64,000 nucleotides of DNA, from positions 89,541-153,540 of IMG/VR virus record IMGVR_UViG_3300029258_001212; one strand, given 5' to 3'. The notes under the pieces were generated by a model that had not been told where the DNA came from, did not search any database, and saw only the letters and a program-made list of their open reading frames with translations. This DNA is from a virus. A program made the translations under genes and the position numbers. Within the stretch, counting starts at the first letter, position 1; each line of letters begins with the position of its first letter. This document shows, in pieces, positions 1 through 8,873 of this stretch.

Positions 1-297
1 CGGGTGTGGCTCGGGATCGATTACCTGAGCGACTATCCCAACGGCGGCCCCTACGGGGTGAGCGTGACTGGGAATTCGGTGGCCATGGTTGGAACATCGC
101 CCAACTTCGGCCGGGCGCTCTGGGTCAACACAATGGTGGTGAGCTTCCCGGATGCTTGTGTCATGAGCAACTCCGGCCAGGGACGAGCTCGGTATCCGGG
201 CGGAGGGAGCACGAATCGGATCGTGGGCCTGAGTGGAAACAATCTCACCAGGAGCACTACCTTCAACTTCAACACTTGGGACCTGGAGGAGGTGTAG
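1..297 (+). CDS. C-terminal part of a virion/tail protein (5' truncated by window)
   Basis: Open frame from window start; G/S/T/N-rich beta-type sequence; precedes CIS-tube-like gene. Confidence 0.55.
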   Translation, partial: RVWLGIDYLSDYPNGGPYGVSVTGNSVAMVGTSPNFGRALWVNTMVVSFPDACVMSNSGQGRARYPGGGSTNRIVGLSGNNLTRSTTFNFNTWDLEEV

Positions 298-300
298 GCC

Positions 301-969
301 ATGGCCGGTCTGCTTTCGCTGGTGGGGAGCTGGATGGGGGGGCAAAAAACAGGGTTCATACAGAGCTCCGGGGCGAACGTCTATCTATTGCCGTGTACCC
401 CCGAGGGGAACATCGACACCACGTGGCTCCGTGCGTTCCAGTTCTGGCCCCCGTCGATTGCGGACAACTACTCCCCCAATTGGAGCAACAAGACGATCCC
501 GGGTGGCTCGGTGCCCCTGTACCAGTTCATCGCCATGGGGGAGCACACCATCAGCTTCACAGCTACATTCGCCCGAGACCTGGCGGGGGAGTTCGGGCCG
601 GCCCCCGGGCAACTCACCGAGAACAAGCACGACGTGGACATTGAAGCGGCTATCGCCTACCTGCGAAGCCTGAGCACCCCGACCTATGACACCAAGAAGC
701 AGTTTGTCCTGCCCCCGCCGCTGATCTACCTGACCATCCCCTACAACGCCATCGCTCCGAGCGAGGGGATCGCAGACGAGATGCTCTGCATCATGACCCA
801 GTGCGACGTGGAGCGGAAGCGGTGGTTCCCTGATGGGACCACCCGGCTGGCGGAGGCGACCCTGCAATTCAATGAGGTGGCCCAGAGGCCGAAGGCCACC
901 CAGTGGTACGGCCGGACCCAGTGGCAAAAGGTGGCCAAGAATTACAAGTGGCAGGGCCAGAAGCCGTGA
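301..969 (+). CDS. Contractile injection system (CIS) tube/tail-tube initiator-like protein
   Basis: SD GGAGG upstream; FQFWPPSI..W....IPGGSVPLYQF..G.HTISF and terminal 'RLAEATLQFNE' pattern typical of CIS-tube family. Confidence 0.65.
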   Translation: MAGLLSLVGSWMGGQKTGFIQSSGANVYLLPCTPEGNIDTTWLRAFQFWPPSIADNYSPNWSNKTIPGGSVPLYQFIAMGEHTISFTATFARDLAGEFGPAPGQLTENKHDVDIEAAIAYLRSLSTPTYDTKKQFVLPPPLIYLTIPYNAIAPSEGIADEMLCIMTQCDVERKRWFPDGTTRLAEATLQFNEVAQRPKATQWYGRTQWQKVAKNYKWQGQKP

Positions 970-982
970 CCTGCCATCGGAG

Positions 983-1051
983 ACCCTCAAGACTCTTCTC
1001 TTCTAAGAGGGGAGATAGGGTATAGAGAAACAGAAGCAACAGGTGTGCCAA
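983..1051. promoter_or_regulatory. Dispersed 72-bp element, copy 1 (degenerate; sigma54 site on - strand, long-spacer sigma70-like on +)
   Basis: ACCCTCAAGACTCTTCTCTTCTAAGAGGGGAGATAGGGTATAGAGAAACAGAAGCAACAGGTGTGCCAA; reverse complement of 1035-1051 is TTGGCACACCTGTTGCT. Confidence 0.75.
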
Positions 1052-1052
1052 G

Positions 1053-1268
1053 ATGAGAAGCCAACCAGATGATGATGCGAGCGCAGTCCCCGTGGAGACC
1101 GTCCAGGGCGAGGACAATTTCGTTCTGGTGACAACTCCTGTAAGATATAGGCAGCTCTCCGATGCAGCGGTTCGCCTCGGGATGAGTGTTCAGGACTTTG
1201 TGGGACACACGCTCGAGAGCGCAGTACAGGCCGTAGCCGAAGGGCGGCGGCCATGGGAAAGGACGTGA
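1053..1268 (+). CDS. Small hypothetical protein (possible ribbon-helix-helix-like)
   Basis: 71 aa directly after element; YRQLSDAAVRLGMSVQDFV pattern. Confidence 0.5.
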   Translation: MRSQPDDDASAVPVETVQGEDNFVLVTTPVRYRQLSDAAVRLGMSVQDFVGHTLESAVQAVAEGRRPWERT

Positions 1269-1272
1269 GACA

Positions 1273-2037
1273 ATGCGACGATCCATGATGACCCTGGCCT
1301 TCCTGGCCCTCCTCCTGGTGGGCGCCACCCCCTCGAGCTCCCAGCCGGCCGCCCGGCCGGCGCCCCGCGCCACGGCTCCGGCTCCGGCTCCGGCAATGAC
1401 GGTTGCTCCCGCTGCCATGACCGTGCCCGTGCCCGCGATGGCAGCCATGGCGCCCAAGGTGGCCCCCGTGGCTCCAGCGGCGGCAGCTCCGTCCGCCGGC
1501 GCCCCTGTGATGGCCCCAGCGTCCACGAGCGCCCCTGTGGCAGCCATGGGGGCACCCATGGCCACCGAGGCCCCTGTGATGGCTCCAGCGCCAGTCAGTG
1601 CCCAACCAGCGGCCATGGCGGCCCAGGACAAGCCCAAGGTGAGCGGATGGGACAAGGCGGACAAGTGGATCGGGCTGATCGTCAAGATTCTGATCGGGCT
1701 CCTGAGCATCATCGGGGCCATCCTGGGCGTCGTGAAAGGCCAGGACTGGCGTGCCAAGCTCAAGACGGAACGCTGGCAGAAGATCCTCGGGTACGTGGAC
1801 CAGGCATTCCCCGTGGTGGAGTCGCTGGCCAAGGGCACCTCCTGGAAGGGCGACGACAAGCTGGTGGAGCTCCTGAAGCGCGTGAACGATTGGCTCAAGG
1901 GCGAGGGCGCCCAGGGGCTCTCCGCAGAGGAGATGGCCCTGGTGAAGCGGGAAGCGGCCGACAAGGCGGCGAAGCTCAAGACGGACAACGGCGCCGCGGA
2001 CAAGGTGGACGCCAAGGCCGTGACCCGGAACGGGTAA
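1273..2037 (+). CDS. Holin-like (LL-H-type) membrane protein with signal peptide and Pro/Ala/Met linker
   Basis: N-terminal hydrophobic signal, APVMAPA repeats, one TM (IGLIVKILIGLLSIIGAILGVV), then helical 'VVESLAK..GDDKL..LKRVNDWL' domain. Confidence 0.55.
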   Translation: MRRSMMTLAFLALLLVGATPSSSQPAARPAPRATAPAPAPAMTVAPAAMTVPVPAMAAMAPKVAPVAPAAAAPSAGAPVMAPASTSAPVAAMGAPMATEAPVMAPAPVSAQPAAMAAQDKPKVSGWDKADKWIGLIVKILIGLLSIIGAILGVVKGQDWRAKLKTERWQKILGYVDQAFPVVESLAKGTSWKGDDKLVELLKRVNDWLKGEGAQGLSAEEMALVKREAADKAAKLKTDNGAADKVDAKAVTRNG

Positions 2038-2041
2038 CACC

Positions 2042-2344
2042 ATGGCCCGCTTCAAAGCGTGGATCCGAAAGTGGTGGTGGGTCCTGGTGCTGGTGCTGGT
2101 GACAGTGGGCGGACTTGTCCTGTATTTACTCTTACGAAAAAGCCCCAAACCGGCTCCGGCCGAGACCTTCACAGTGAAAGCTCGCAAGGAGATCCTGAAA
2201 GCCGAAACAGACGCCACCATCGAACGCGCCAAAGTGGAAGCCAGGAGCTCCGTGGAGCGAGCCAAGCTCGAAGAGATCGGGAAGGTCGAGGACGATTTTG
2301 CTCGCCGCAAACGGCTGGCCGATTACCTGGACGAGGTGCTGTAG
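2042..2344 (+). CDS. Inner-membrane spanin-like protein
   Basis: Basic N-terminus, single TM, charged coiled-coil; next to holin-like gene. Confidence 0.5.
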   Translation: MARFKAWIRKWWWVLVLVLVTVGGLVLYLLLRKSPKPAPAETFTVKARKEILKAETDATIERAKVEARSSVERAKLEEIGKVEDDFARRKRLADYLDEVL

Positions 2345-2375
2345 CGAGGGGACGCGATGGCAAACGGTAAGCGTC

Positions 2376-2843
2376 ATGAACCAGTGGATCGGTCCGATAG
2401 TGACAGCCGGAGGAGCTCTGCTTTCCGCTATCTTCGCTCTCATCGCCTGGGTAGCTCTGAGGGAGATCCGCCGAAAGGACAAGGAGATAGAGGATCTCCA
2501 GACGGACATGGAGGAGCTCCTCAAAATAGTCGTGATACTGGAGAACTTAGAAAAATCCTGCGAGCGCGAACGGAACGAGAGGAGAACGGTGGAGGAGCAG
2601 CTCTGGAGCAAGATCAACAGGCTGGTGGCGCAGATCTCGGCCCAGGCTACTACCATCTCGGAGCATCAGAGATCGTGTCGGAGCGTCTACATGACCCAGA
2701 CAGAACACGACCGCCTGGAAGCTCTCCGGGACAAGGTGGAGGACGCGAAAGCGATCACGGATGCCCGGCTGGATGCCAAGGTGGAGAATGTGATTCAGAC
2801 CCTGAATTTCCTCCTCCAGCGGAATGGGATGAGCAGGAGATAA
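2376..2843 (+). CDS. Membrane-anchored coiled-coil protein
   Basis: N-terminal TM followed by heptad-rich region. Confidence 0.6.
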   Translation: MNQWIGPIVTAGGALLSAIFALIAWVALREIRRKDKEIEDLQTDMEELLKIVVILENLEKSCERERNERRTVEEQLWSKINRLVAQISAQATTISEHQRSCRSVYMTQTEHDRLEALRDKVEDAKAITDARLDAKVENVIQTLNFLLQRNGMSRR

Positions 2844-2848
2844 CCGGC

Positions 2849-2986
2849 GTGATCGATCTGGCCGAGTCAGTCTCACCGGTGGTGGCAAAGCAGATTCGTC
2901 AAGACCGCGAGACCACCAAGCGGCGCCAGGCGTTCGTGGAGCGCATGGACACGCTCCTGGCGAAACTCCACGCACTCACGGTATGA
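2849..2986 (+). CDS. Small hypothetical protein
   Basis: GTG start after AGGAG; MIDLAESVSPVVAKQIR...; start uncertain. Confidence 0.4.
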   Translation: MIDLAESVSPVVAKQIRQDRETTKRRQAFVERMDTLLAKLHALTV

Positions 2987-2995
2987 TGCGGCCCG

Positions 2996-3412
2996 ATGCG
3001 CCAACGAAACACCGTAGCGTCAACGGCCGGCTCCATCGTCCGCGGCTCCTGCACCGCGGCGGAATCGGTCGGGGATCCGGTCTACCTCACAGGTGACCCC
3101 TCCGGCTACGTGTACCCGGTCGAAAAGGCAGAAGCGTGGGACGAGGACAAGATGCCAGCGTTTGGCATCGTGATCCGAAAGCTGTCCGATACCGTCTGCT
3201 TGGTGCAAACCGATGGAATCCTTCCTCACGGGATCCTGTCCGGCCTTCAGAGGGGCCACGGCTACATGGTGGGGGGCACCGGGGGCCTCGAGGCGGCCCC
3301 GCCAGTGGTTGGCCCCAACGGCTACTCCTGGATCCAATTCATGGGCCGGTCCCTGGGTGACGACCGGTTCCAGGTGCGCCCGGACACCCTTATCACCATC
3401 AGACGTTCCTGA
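2996..3412 (+). CDS. Capsid cement/decoration-like protein (DUF2190-like)
   Basis: GDPVYL..A.A....PAFGIV....V..G....SGL..G..Y.V...GGL pattern. Confidence 0.55.
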   Translation: MRQRNTVASTAGSIVRGSCTAAESVGDPVYLTGDPSGYVYPVEKAEAWDEDKMPAFGIVIRKLSDTVCLVQTDGILPHGILSGLQRGHGYMVGGTGGLEAAPPVVGPNGYSWIQFMGRSLGDDRFQVRPDTLITIRRS

Positions 3413-3417
3413 TAGTG

Positions 3418-3446
3418 TTGTTTCGGTCATGGGTTACGGGTACAAT
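3418..3446 (+). promoter_or_regulatory. Sigma70-like promoter
   Basis: TTGTTT-17 bp-TACAAT in intergenic gap. Confidence 0.5.
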
Positions 3447-3508
3447 GATGCCCGAGATCCAAATCAAGATTCGAATCCCAGCAAAGGGAAACCCGATTGG
3501 AGGCGAAG

Positions 3509-4075
3509 ATGACGACGAAAGCATCGAAATCCACCCGTTCCAAAAAGGCTCCGGCCAAGAAGCGCACCACGAAGCGCAAGGCAGCGGCCAAGAAAAAGGC
3601 CGCCAAGGCCAAGGTGAAGCCCGCGCCCGAGCCCGCGGACAAGGATGAGCCCCATCCGCTCGCTGAGATCACACTCGAGGAGCGTGACTGGCTCATGAGC
3701 AAGTTCATGGTGGAGCGAGTCAGCGGCACCCAGGCGAAGCTCACGGCGGCCAAGCAGCAGCTCGAGATCCTCATGAGGGATCACATCGCTCAAAAGGCTG
3801 CCCAGAAAGCCCAGATCAACACCGCGGAGGCGGAGGTTCGCCAGGCGGACAACGAGATGAAGGTGTTTTTGGGGGAACTCGAGCACAAGCTCGGGATCAA
3901 CCTTCAGAATTACACCTGGCAGTCGGACGGCAAGATCATCTACATGGGTGACCTGGAAGAGATCGGCAATCAACAGCCGTCTCAACAGGCCAGCCAGCCC
4001 AAGAAAACCGAATCACCCGAACCTGGATCTGAGGATGAGGCGGAAGCTGAATTCCTGAACAGTCGGGTGGTCTAA
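3509..4075 (+). CDS. Hypothetical protein with Lys/Ala histone-like N-terminus and coiled coil
   Basis: GGAGG SD; KKAPAKKRTTKRKAAAKKK. Confidence 0.7.
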   Translation: MTTKASKSTRSKKAPAKKRTTKRKAAAKKKAAKAKVKPAPEPADKDEPHPLAEITLEERDWLMSKFMVERVSGTQAKLTAAKQQLEILMRDHIAQKAAQKAQINTAEAEVRQADNEMKVFLGELEHKLGINLQNYTWQSDGKIIYMGDLEEIGNQQPSQQASQPKKTESPEPGSEDEAEAEFLNSRVV

Positions 4076-4102
4076 CCATCTTCTGGACAGGAGCACCGAG
4101 AC

Positions 4103-5503
4103 ATGGCCCAAGTCAGATTTTTCAAGCTGGATCCGAGCAACGGATTCCACGATCAGCACGACCCCACGGCGGACGAGCTCACCCTCGCCGGCATTGTGAT
4201 GAATGGCGACATTGCCATGGGATCGAACGAGGTGACCGGCCTACCGGGGACGCCCAGCGGCGACACGGCGGCGGCCTCGAAAGCCTACGTGGACAGCGTG
4301 GCGGCGGGGCTGGCGTGGAAGGAACCGGCGGCGGTGCTCAAGATCAAGGATGACTCCGACCAGAGCGGAGTGGATCCGACCGCTGGTGCGACCGGCGAGG
4401 CGTGGCTGGTGAACAACTGGTCCACCCAGACGGATGGCGACATTGTGGAGTGGGACGGCTCCCAGTGGAACGTGGTGGTGGCCAACTCCGGCGGCGAGCC
4501 CCCGGACGGCACCCGGGTGGTGGTGATCGACACCGGCGCGGCTGGATCGTTCACCGGCGAAGAGAACAACATCGGCACCTACGATGCTACCGGGAACACC
4601 TGGAGCTTCGATACTGCCACGGACGGCTGGGCGGTGCTGATCAACGGTGAGCTGTCCGTCTACGAGAACAAGGCGTTCGTCTACGATACCAACGCCTGGA
4701 TCCAGTTCTCCGGCGGCAACTTCACGGCCGGCACCGGCCTGGACCTGACCGGCAACGTGCTGTCCGTCAACTTCGGTGACGGTATCACCGAGCTCCCCAC
4801 GGACAGCGTGGGCATCGACCTGGCCACCACGCCGGGCCTCGAGCTCACCGGCGTCTCGCCGGACAAGCAGCTCCGCGTCCTGGTGGACGGTGCCCACGGC
4901 CTGGTGCTCGGTGCCAGCGGCGTGGAGCTCGAGCTGGACGACACCCCGGACACCCTGGACGTGGACGGCGACGGGCTCAAGGTGGTCGGTCTGCCGAGCC
5001 TGTTCAAGATCAACGATGTGGCCGTGTCGGCCAACGTGACGGCGGCCAACCTGAACACCCTCACGGCGGGCCCCACCTCCAACGCGGACTCGCTGCACAC
5101 GCACACCATCTCCGCCGTGGCCAGCGCCAAAAAGGTGCTCGACACCCACCTCAACAACGCAGCCGTCACCAGCGGCCGAGCAGTCCGCTGGAGTGCGGTC
5201 AACAACGAGATCCAGCACGCGGACAACGCGCCCATCGCCACCCCGGCCAATTCCCGGGCCATCGGCGTGGCCCAGACGGGTGGCGCAGCCAACCCCGGCA
5301 CCAGCGACGTGGTGAAGCATGGGATCTGCACCGGGTGCTTGAGCGGCGCCACGGTCAACACGCCCTACTTCCTGGGCACGGCCGGCGCCCTGGTGACCTT
5401 CGGCAGCATCCCCACCCCGGGCCGCGTGGTCCGCATGGGCTTCGCTGCCAACGGGTCCGACCTGGACGTGCAGGTGACGGACCTGGGCACCAAGCGCGTA
5501 TAG
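4103..5503 (+). CDS. Virion structural/fibre protein (DUF2793-like domain and C-terminal cement-like domain)
   Basis: SD AGGAG; 'DTAAASKAYVD' fibre motif, WDGSQW, TAGTGL repeats; strongly biased codon use. Confidence 0.75.
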   Translation: MAQVRFFKLDPSNGFHDQHDPTADELTLAGIVMNGDIAMGSNEVTGLPGTPSGDTAAASKAYVDSVAAGLAWKEPAAVLKIKDDSDQSGVDPTAGATGEAWLVNNWSTQTDGDIVEWDGSQWNVVVANSGGEPPDGTRVVVIDTGAAGSFTGEENNIGTYDATGNTWSFDTATDGWAVLINGELSVYENKAFVYDTNAWIQFSGGNFTAGTGLDLTGNVLSVNFGDGITELPTDSVGIDLATTPGLELTGVSPDKQLRVLVDGAHGLVLGASGVELELDDTPDTLDVDGDGLKVVGLPSLFKINDVAVSANVTAANLNTLTAGPTSNADSLHTHTISAVASAKKVLDTHLNNAAVTSGRAVRWSAVNNEIQHADNAPIATPANSRAIGVAQTGGAANPGTSDVVKHGICTGCLSGATVNTPYFLGTAGALVTFGSIPTPGRVVRMGFAANGSDLDVQVTDLGTKRV

Positions 5504-5561
5504 CGCAACCTGGAGCCGGGCAGCGATAGGGCTGCCCGGCCCTCCAGATTGGAGGCCGCAG

Positions 5562-6116
5562 ATGGGCACTGATGGCGATGCGGTACTCCCTGTAAAGTGG
5601 GAAAGTCCTAGCAGCGGAGGCACCGAGACCGACTACACCCCCGGGGAGGTGAACCCCTGGGAAGATGTGCTCGCTGCCCGCGGAATCTATCCCCAGCGAC
5701 CATCCCCTGATTCCACCATCCGCAAGACGGTCAAGCTATCCCAGGACGGCGCGGACCGGATGACCTTCGAGGACGCGGAGAACACTACACCTCTGACTCT
5801 CACTGATTTGGCCACAGGTGGGGGTGGACTCACGCCGGCAACGCATCGTGTACTGGATCAACTCGTCCACGATGTGGCAGAGGACTACTACCTGGAAAAC
5901 ACGTGGAGCGGTGCCCGGCTCACGAATATGACGTACTGGACGGATGCTACCAAGACGGTCAGGGTCCGCGAGCACCAATACACGTACACGGGCAGTCGGG
6001 TGACCCAAGAGGTGATCATTCAGTATGATGGGAGTGGTGTCGCTGTGGAGACGTTGACGATCACGAACACCTGGAGCGGCGGCAAGCTGGCCAGCCAGAC
6101 GGCGGTGCTTACATGA
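5562..6116 (+). CDS. Virion-associated hypothetical protein
   Basis: GGAGG SD; YD-like beta hairpins (YTYTGSRVT, NTWSG). Confidence 0.65.
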   Translation: MGTDGDAVLPVKWESPSSGGTETDYTPGEVNPWEDVLAARGIYPQRPSPDSTIRKTVKLSQDGADRMTFEDAENTTPLTLTDLATGGGGLTPATHRVLDQLVHDVAEDYYLENTWSGARLTNMTYWTDATKTVRVREHQYTYTGSRVTQEVIIQYDGSGVAVETLTITNTWSGGKLASQTAVLT

Positions 6117-7192
6117 GCGGAGCAACGATTGTCGTCATTGACGAAAGCAGCCCCCGGAACATCCTGGGGACCTACGAGTGGGACAGGAGCGGCGGCGGAG
6201 TGCTGATTGCCCCGGCCGTGAGCGCCCTACCCAGCCCCGCAGAGCCCGGGGAGATCGTCTGGCTAAAGACCGACAACAAGCTGTACCGTCGAAACGACTT
6301 GGACACGGCTTGGGATGCACTGGAGTCGGCTGTCGCATTGCACGGAAGCACCCATGAGGAAGGGGGTGCCGACGAAATCAACGTGGCCGGGCTCTCCGGT
6401 GTCCTGGCCGACGACCAGCCTGCCCAAACTCACGCCCTTGGCGGCTCGAAGCACAGCGCAGACACCTTGGCCAACCTGAACAGCAAGGTGTCTGACGCCA
6501 CCCTGGACGACGCAAGTGACCCACGCGACCCGAACGCACATGCGGTAACCCATGAGAACGGCGGCTCTGATGAAATCAACGTCGCCGGGTTGTCCGGGAC
6601 ACTGGCCGACCCGCAGACACCATCGGGCCACGGCTCGACCCACCAGGATGGCGGCTCGGATGAAATCAGCGTGGCCGGCCTGTCCGGTGTGCTCGCAGAC
6701 GGACAGGACGCAGCACAGATCCAAGGCCGGGATGTGGCAGCCACGGCACCATCGGCAGACCAGGTGCTCGCGTGGAGCGGCAGTCAGTGGGAGCCAGCGG
6801 ACCAGCAGGGCGGCGTGTTCGGCACGGAGTTGGATTACGCCAACGATGACACGGTATCGCAGACCACCAGCACGTCATGGCAGCAGAAGCTACGGCTGTC
6901 GGTGACGGGCCTGCCTGCTGGGACATACCGGATCGCGTTCTACTACAACTGGCAGTACAGCGTGGCATTCCGTGACTTCCAGGGGCGTGTGCAACTGGAC
7001 GACACCACGAACTTGTTCCTGCATCAGCAGGAGCCGAAGGATCCGGGCACCGATCAGGTCTACGTCGAGTCTGGGTTCATCCATGTGGCGCTGAACGGCG
7101 ACCACGACATTGACATTGACTACCGCGCATCGCAGGCCGGCGATACGGCCTACATCGCGTTTGCTCGGTTGGAAATCTGGAGAGTCAGCTAA
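6113..7192 (+). CDS. Tail fibre-like protein with His-containing repeats
   Basis: Three HxxTHxxGGxDEIxVAGLSG repeats; C-terminal beta-sandwich. Confidence 0.7.
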   Translation: MSGATIVVIDESSPRNILGTYEWDRSGGGVLIAPAVSALPSPAEPGEIVWLKTDNKLYRRNDLDTAWDALESAVALHGSTHEEGGADEINVAGLSGVLADDQPAQTHALGGSKHSADTLANLNSKVSDATLDDASDPRDPNAHAVTHENGGSDEINVAGLSGTLADPQTPSGHGSTHQDGGSDEISVAGLSGVLADGQDAAQIQGRDVAATAPSADQVLAWSGSQWEPADQQGGVFGTELDYANDDTVSQTTSTSWQQKLRLSVTGLPAGTYRIAFYYNWQYSVAFRDFQGRVQLDDTTNLFLHQQEPKDPGTDQVYVESGFIHVALNGDHDIDIDYRASQAGDTAYIAFARLEIWRVS

Positions 7193-8217
7193 TGGCGGAG
7201 ACCAAGTACAGCTACAGCGTCAGCGAAGACTTCCCGAACGGGAAGGTTGCGCCCGACCGGCTCACCCAGGAGATTCAGGCGAGCACCATCACGGTCGCCT
7301 TGGACTGCATCAACGTCAACGGTGACAACTGCGACGTTTGGTTCAAAGCAGAGCTTTCGGCCGGAGAGCATACGACGCTGGATGGCGTGGTGGCGGCCCA
7401 CAGCGGTGAGCCGATCCCGAATCCAACGGCGCAACTCGACTCACAGAACCGCACAGTCACAGTGAAGGAGCCACAGCACGATGGAGAGGCGCGTCTGATC
7501 GTGACGCACCTGTGGACCGACCCATGTACCTGGTATGGGGACAGCGAGCGGGTGGAAGGTGGAGATCTCACCGACTCCGGCGATGGGCTCACGTTCACCA
7601 GTGGCAAGGAGCATTGGATTGACCTGACACACGGGCGCGTGTTCCGTGAGGACCGTGTGAGCGCACCATATCTGGTCAAGGTCTACGTGGATGGCGTGGA
7701 GAAAGCCGAGCGTCCACCGTTCAAGGACGAGGGGGGCGACTACACGATCAACTACGAAGACGGCACCGTGACGTTCGCGGAGTCGCAGGCAGGCAAGACG
7801 ATCACGGCCGACTACAGCTACGAAAACGGTTCTACGTTCTACATGCAGCCGAACGAAGGCAAGAAGCTATGGATCGAGAAGTCGGAAGCGCAGTTCACCA
7901 CCGACATTACGATGAACGATACCTTCCAGTACCAGCCGGCCGTGATCGGCGGCCCCACGGTTGGGCTTGGCCACATCTACAAGAAGTGGTTTGACTTGGT
8001 TCAGGAGGCAAACGGGGTGTATCCGATCACGCCAGCACTAGGCGGAGCAAAGCGGGGCCTGGAGCACGACGTGGTGAACATCCCATTCGACTTTGGCCCG
8101 GTGCGGGAGTTGATCGATGGGCAGGGCATCGAGATCCGCATTTGGCTGGAGGAGCACAACGCCTTCGATGGTGAGGTGGTATCGGTCACATTCTACTGCA
8201 TGGAATACGACAAGTGA
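7192..8217 (+). CDS. Virion structural protein
   Basis: Coupled start; 'KVYVDGV...DYTINYEDGTVTF' tail-associated motif. Confidence 0.7.
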   Translation: MAETKYSYSVSEDFPNGKVAPDRLTQEIQASTITVALDCINVNGDNCDVWFKAELSAGEHTTLDGVVAAHSGEPIPNPTAQLDSQNRTVTVKEPQHDGEARLIVTHLWTDPCTWYGDSERVEGGDLTDSGDGLTFTSGKEHWIDLTHGRVFREDRVSAPYLVKVYVDGVEKAERPPFKDEGGDYTINYEDGTVTFAESQAGKTITADYSYENGSTFYMQPNEGKKLWIEKSEAQFTTDITMNDTFQYQPAVIGGPTVGLGHIYKKWFDLVQEANGVYPITPALGGAKRGLEHDVVNIPFDFGPVRELIDGQGIEIRIWLEEHNAFDGEVVSVTFYCMEYDK

Positions 8218-8267
8218 TTTTACCCGGGGCAACCGACTGGTTGCTCGACGCTCTATGGAGGCTTCTC

Positions 8268-8873
8268 ATGAGCACCAGCTACGATTACAGCATCAGCGGC
8301 GACTTCCCGAACGGGCAAGTGAACCCGTCCGTTTTGTACGCAGAGATCAACGCCGAATCAGCTATCACGGTCCCATTGGAGGCGATCAACGTAAACGGCG
8401 ACGTGTGCAGTGTCGTCTTCGAGGGTCCGTTGTCCCCCACAGAAAAAACCGCACTGGACGACCTGGTTGCCAATCACACTGGTGAGGAAACCACGAGCGA
8501 TGTGCAGTACGCCTATTCGGAAAACGAGCAGGGCACCACCGGGCAGACCTGGATGGAGAAGCTGGAGCTTCAGTCCGACCCGCTGGGTGGCGGCGAGTAC
8601 CTGGTGACGTGGTACTGCGAGATCAAGCTCCTAAGCGGCACCCCGAACACGGGTGCCTTTGCCCAGTTCACCCTGAACGGCACAGAGCGCGGCGCCGACG
8701 TGAATGACCTGAATCAGTGGAAGGCGTTCAGTGGTTCGGCCATCGCCCCGTTCCCCGCCGGTGGTGAGCCGGTGCTGGCCATCAACTGGCGCCGCTTAGG
8801 TGGCTCTGATGAGGCCCTCATCAGGCGGGCGCGCTTGTCCATCAGTCCAGTCGAGAAAGGGAATGGCGAATAG
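8268..8873 (+). CDS. Virion protein, chimera of domains of the two preceding genes
   Basis: GGAGG SD; N-terminus like 7192 gene, C-terminus like 6113 gene. Confidence 0.7.
   Translation: MSTSYDYSISGDFPNGQVNPSVLYAEINAESAITVPLEAINVNGDVCSVVFEGPLSPTEKTALDDLVANHTGEETTSDVQYAYSENEQGTTGQTWMEKLELQSDPLGGGEYLVTWYCEIKLLSGTPNTGAFAQFTLNGTERGADVNDLNQWKAFSGSAIAPFPAGGEPVLAINWRRLGGSDEALIRRARLSISPVEKGNGE

Noticed and set aside
6113-8873. Diversity-generating retroelement TR/VR pair
   Set aside because: Similarity is protein-level and old; no adenine-specific near-identical repeat and no reverse transcriptase
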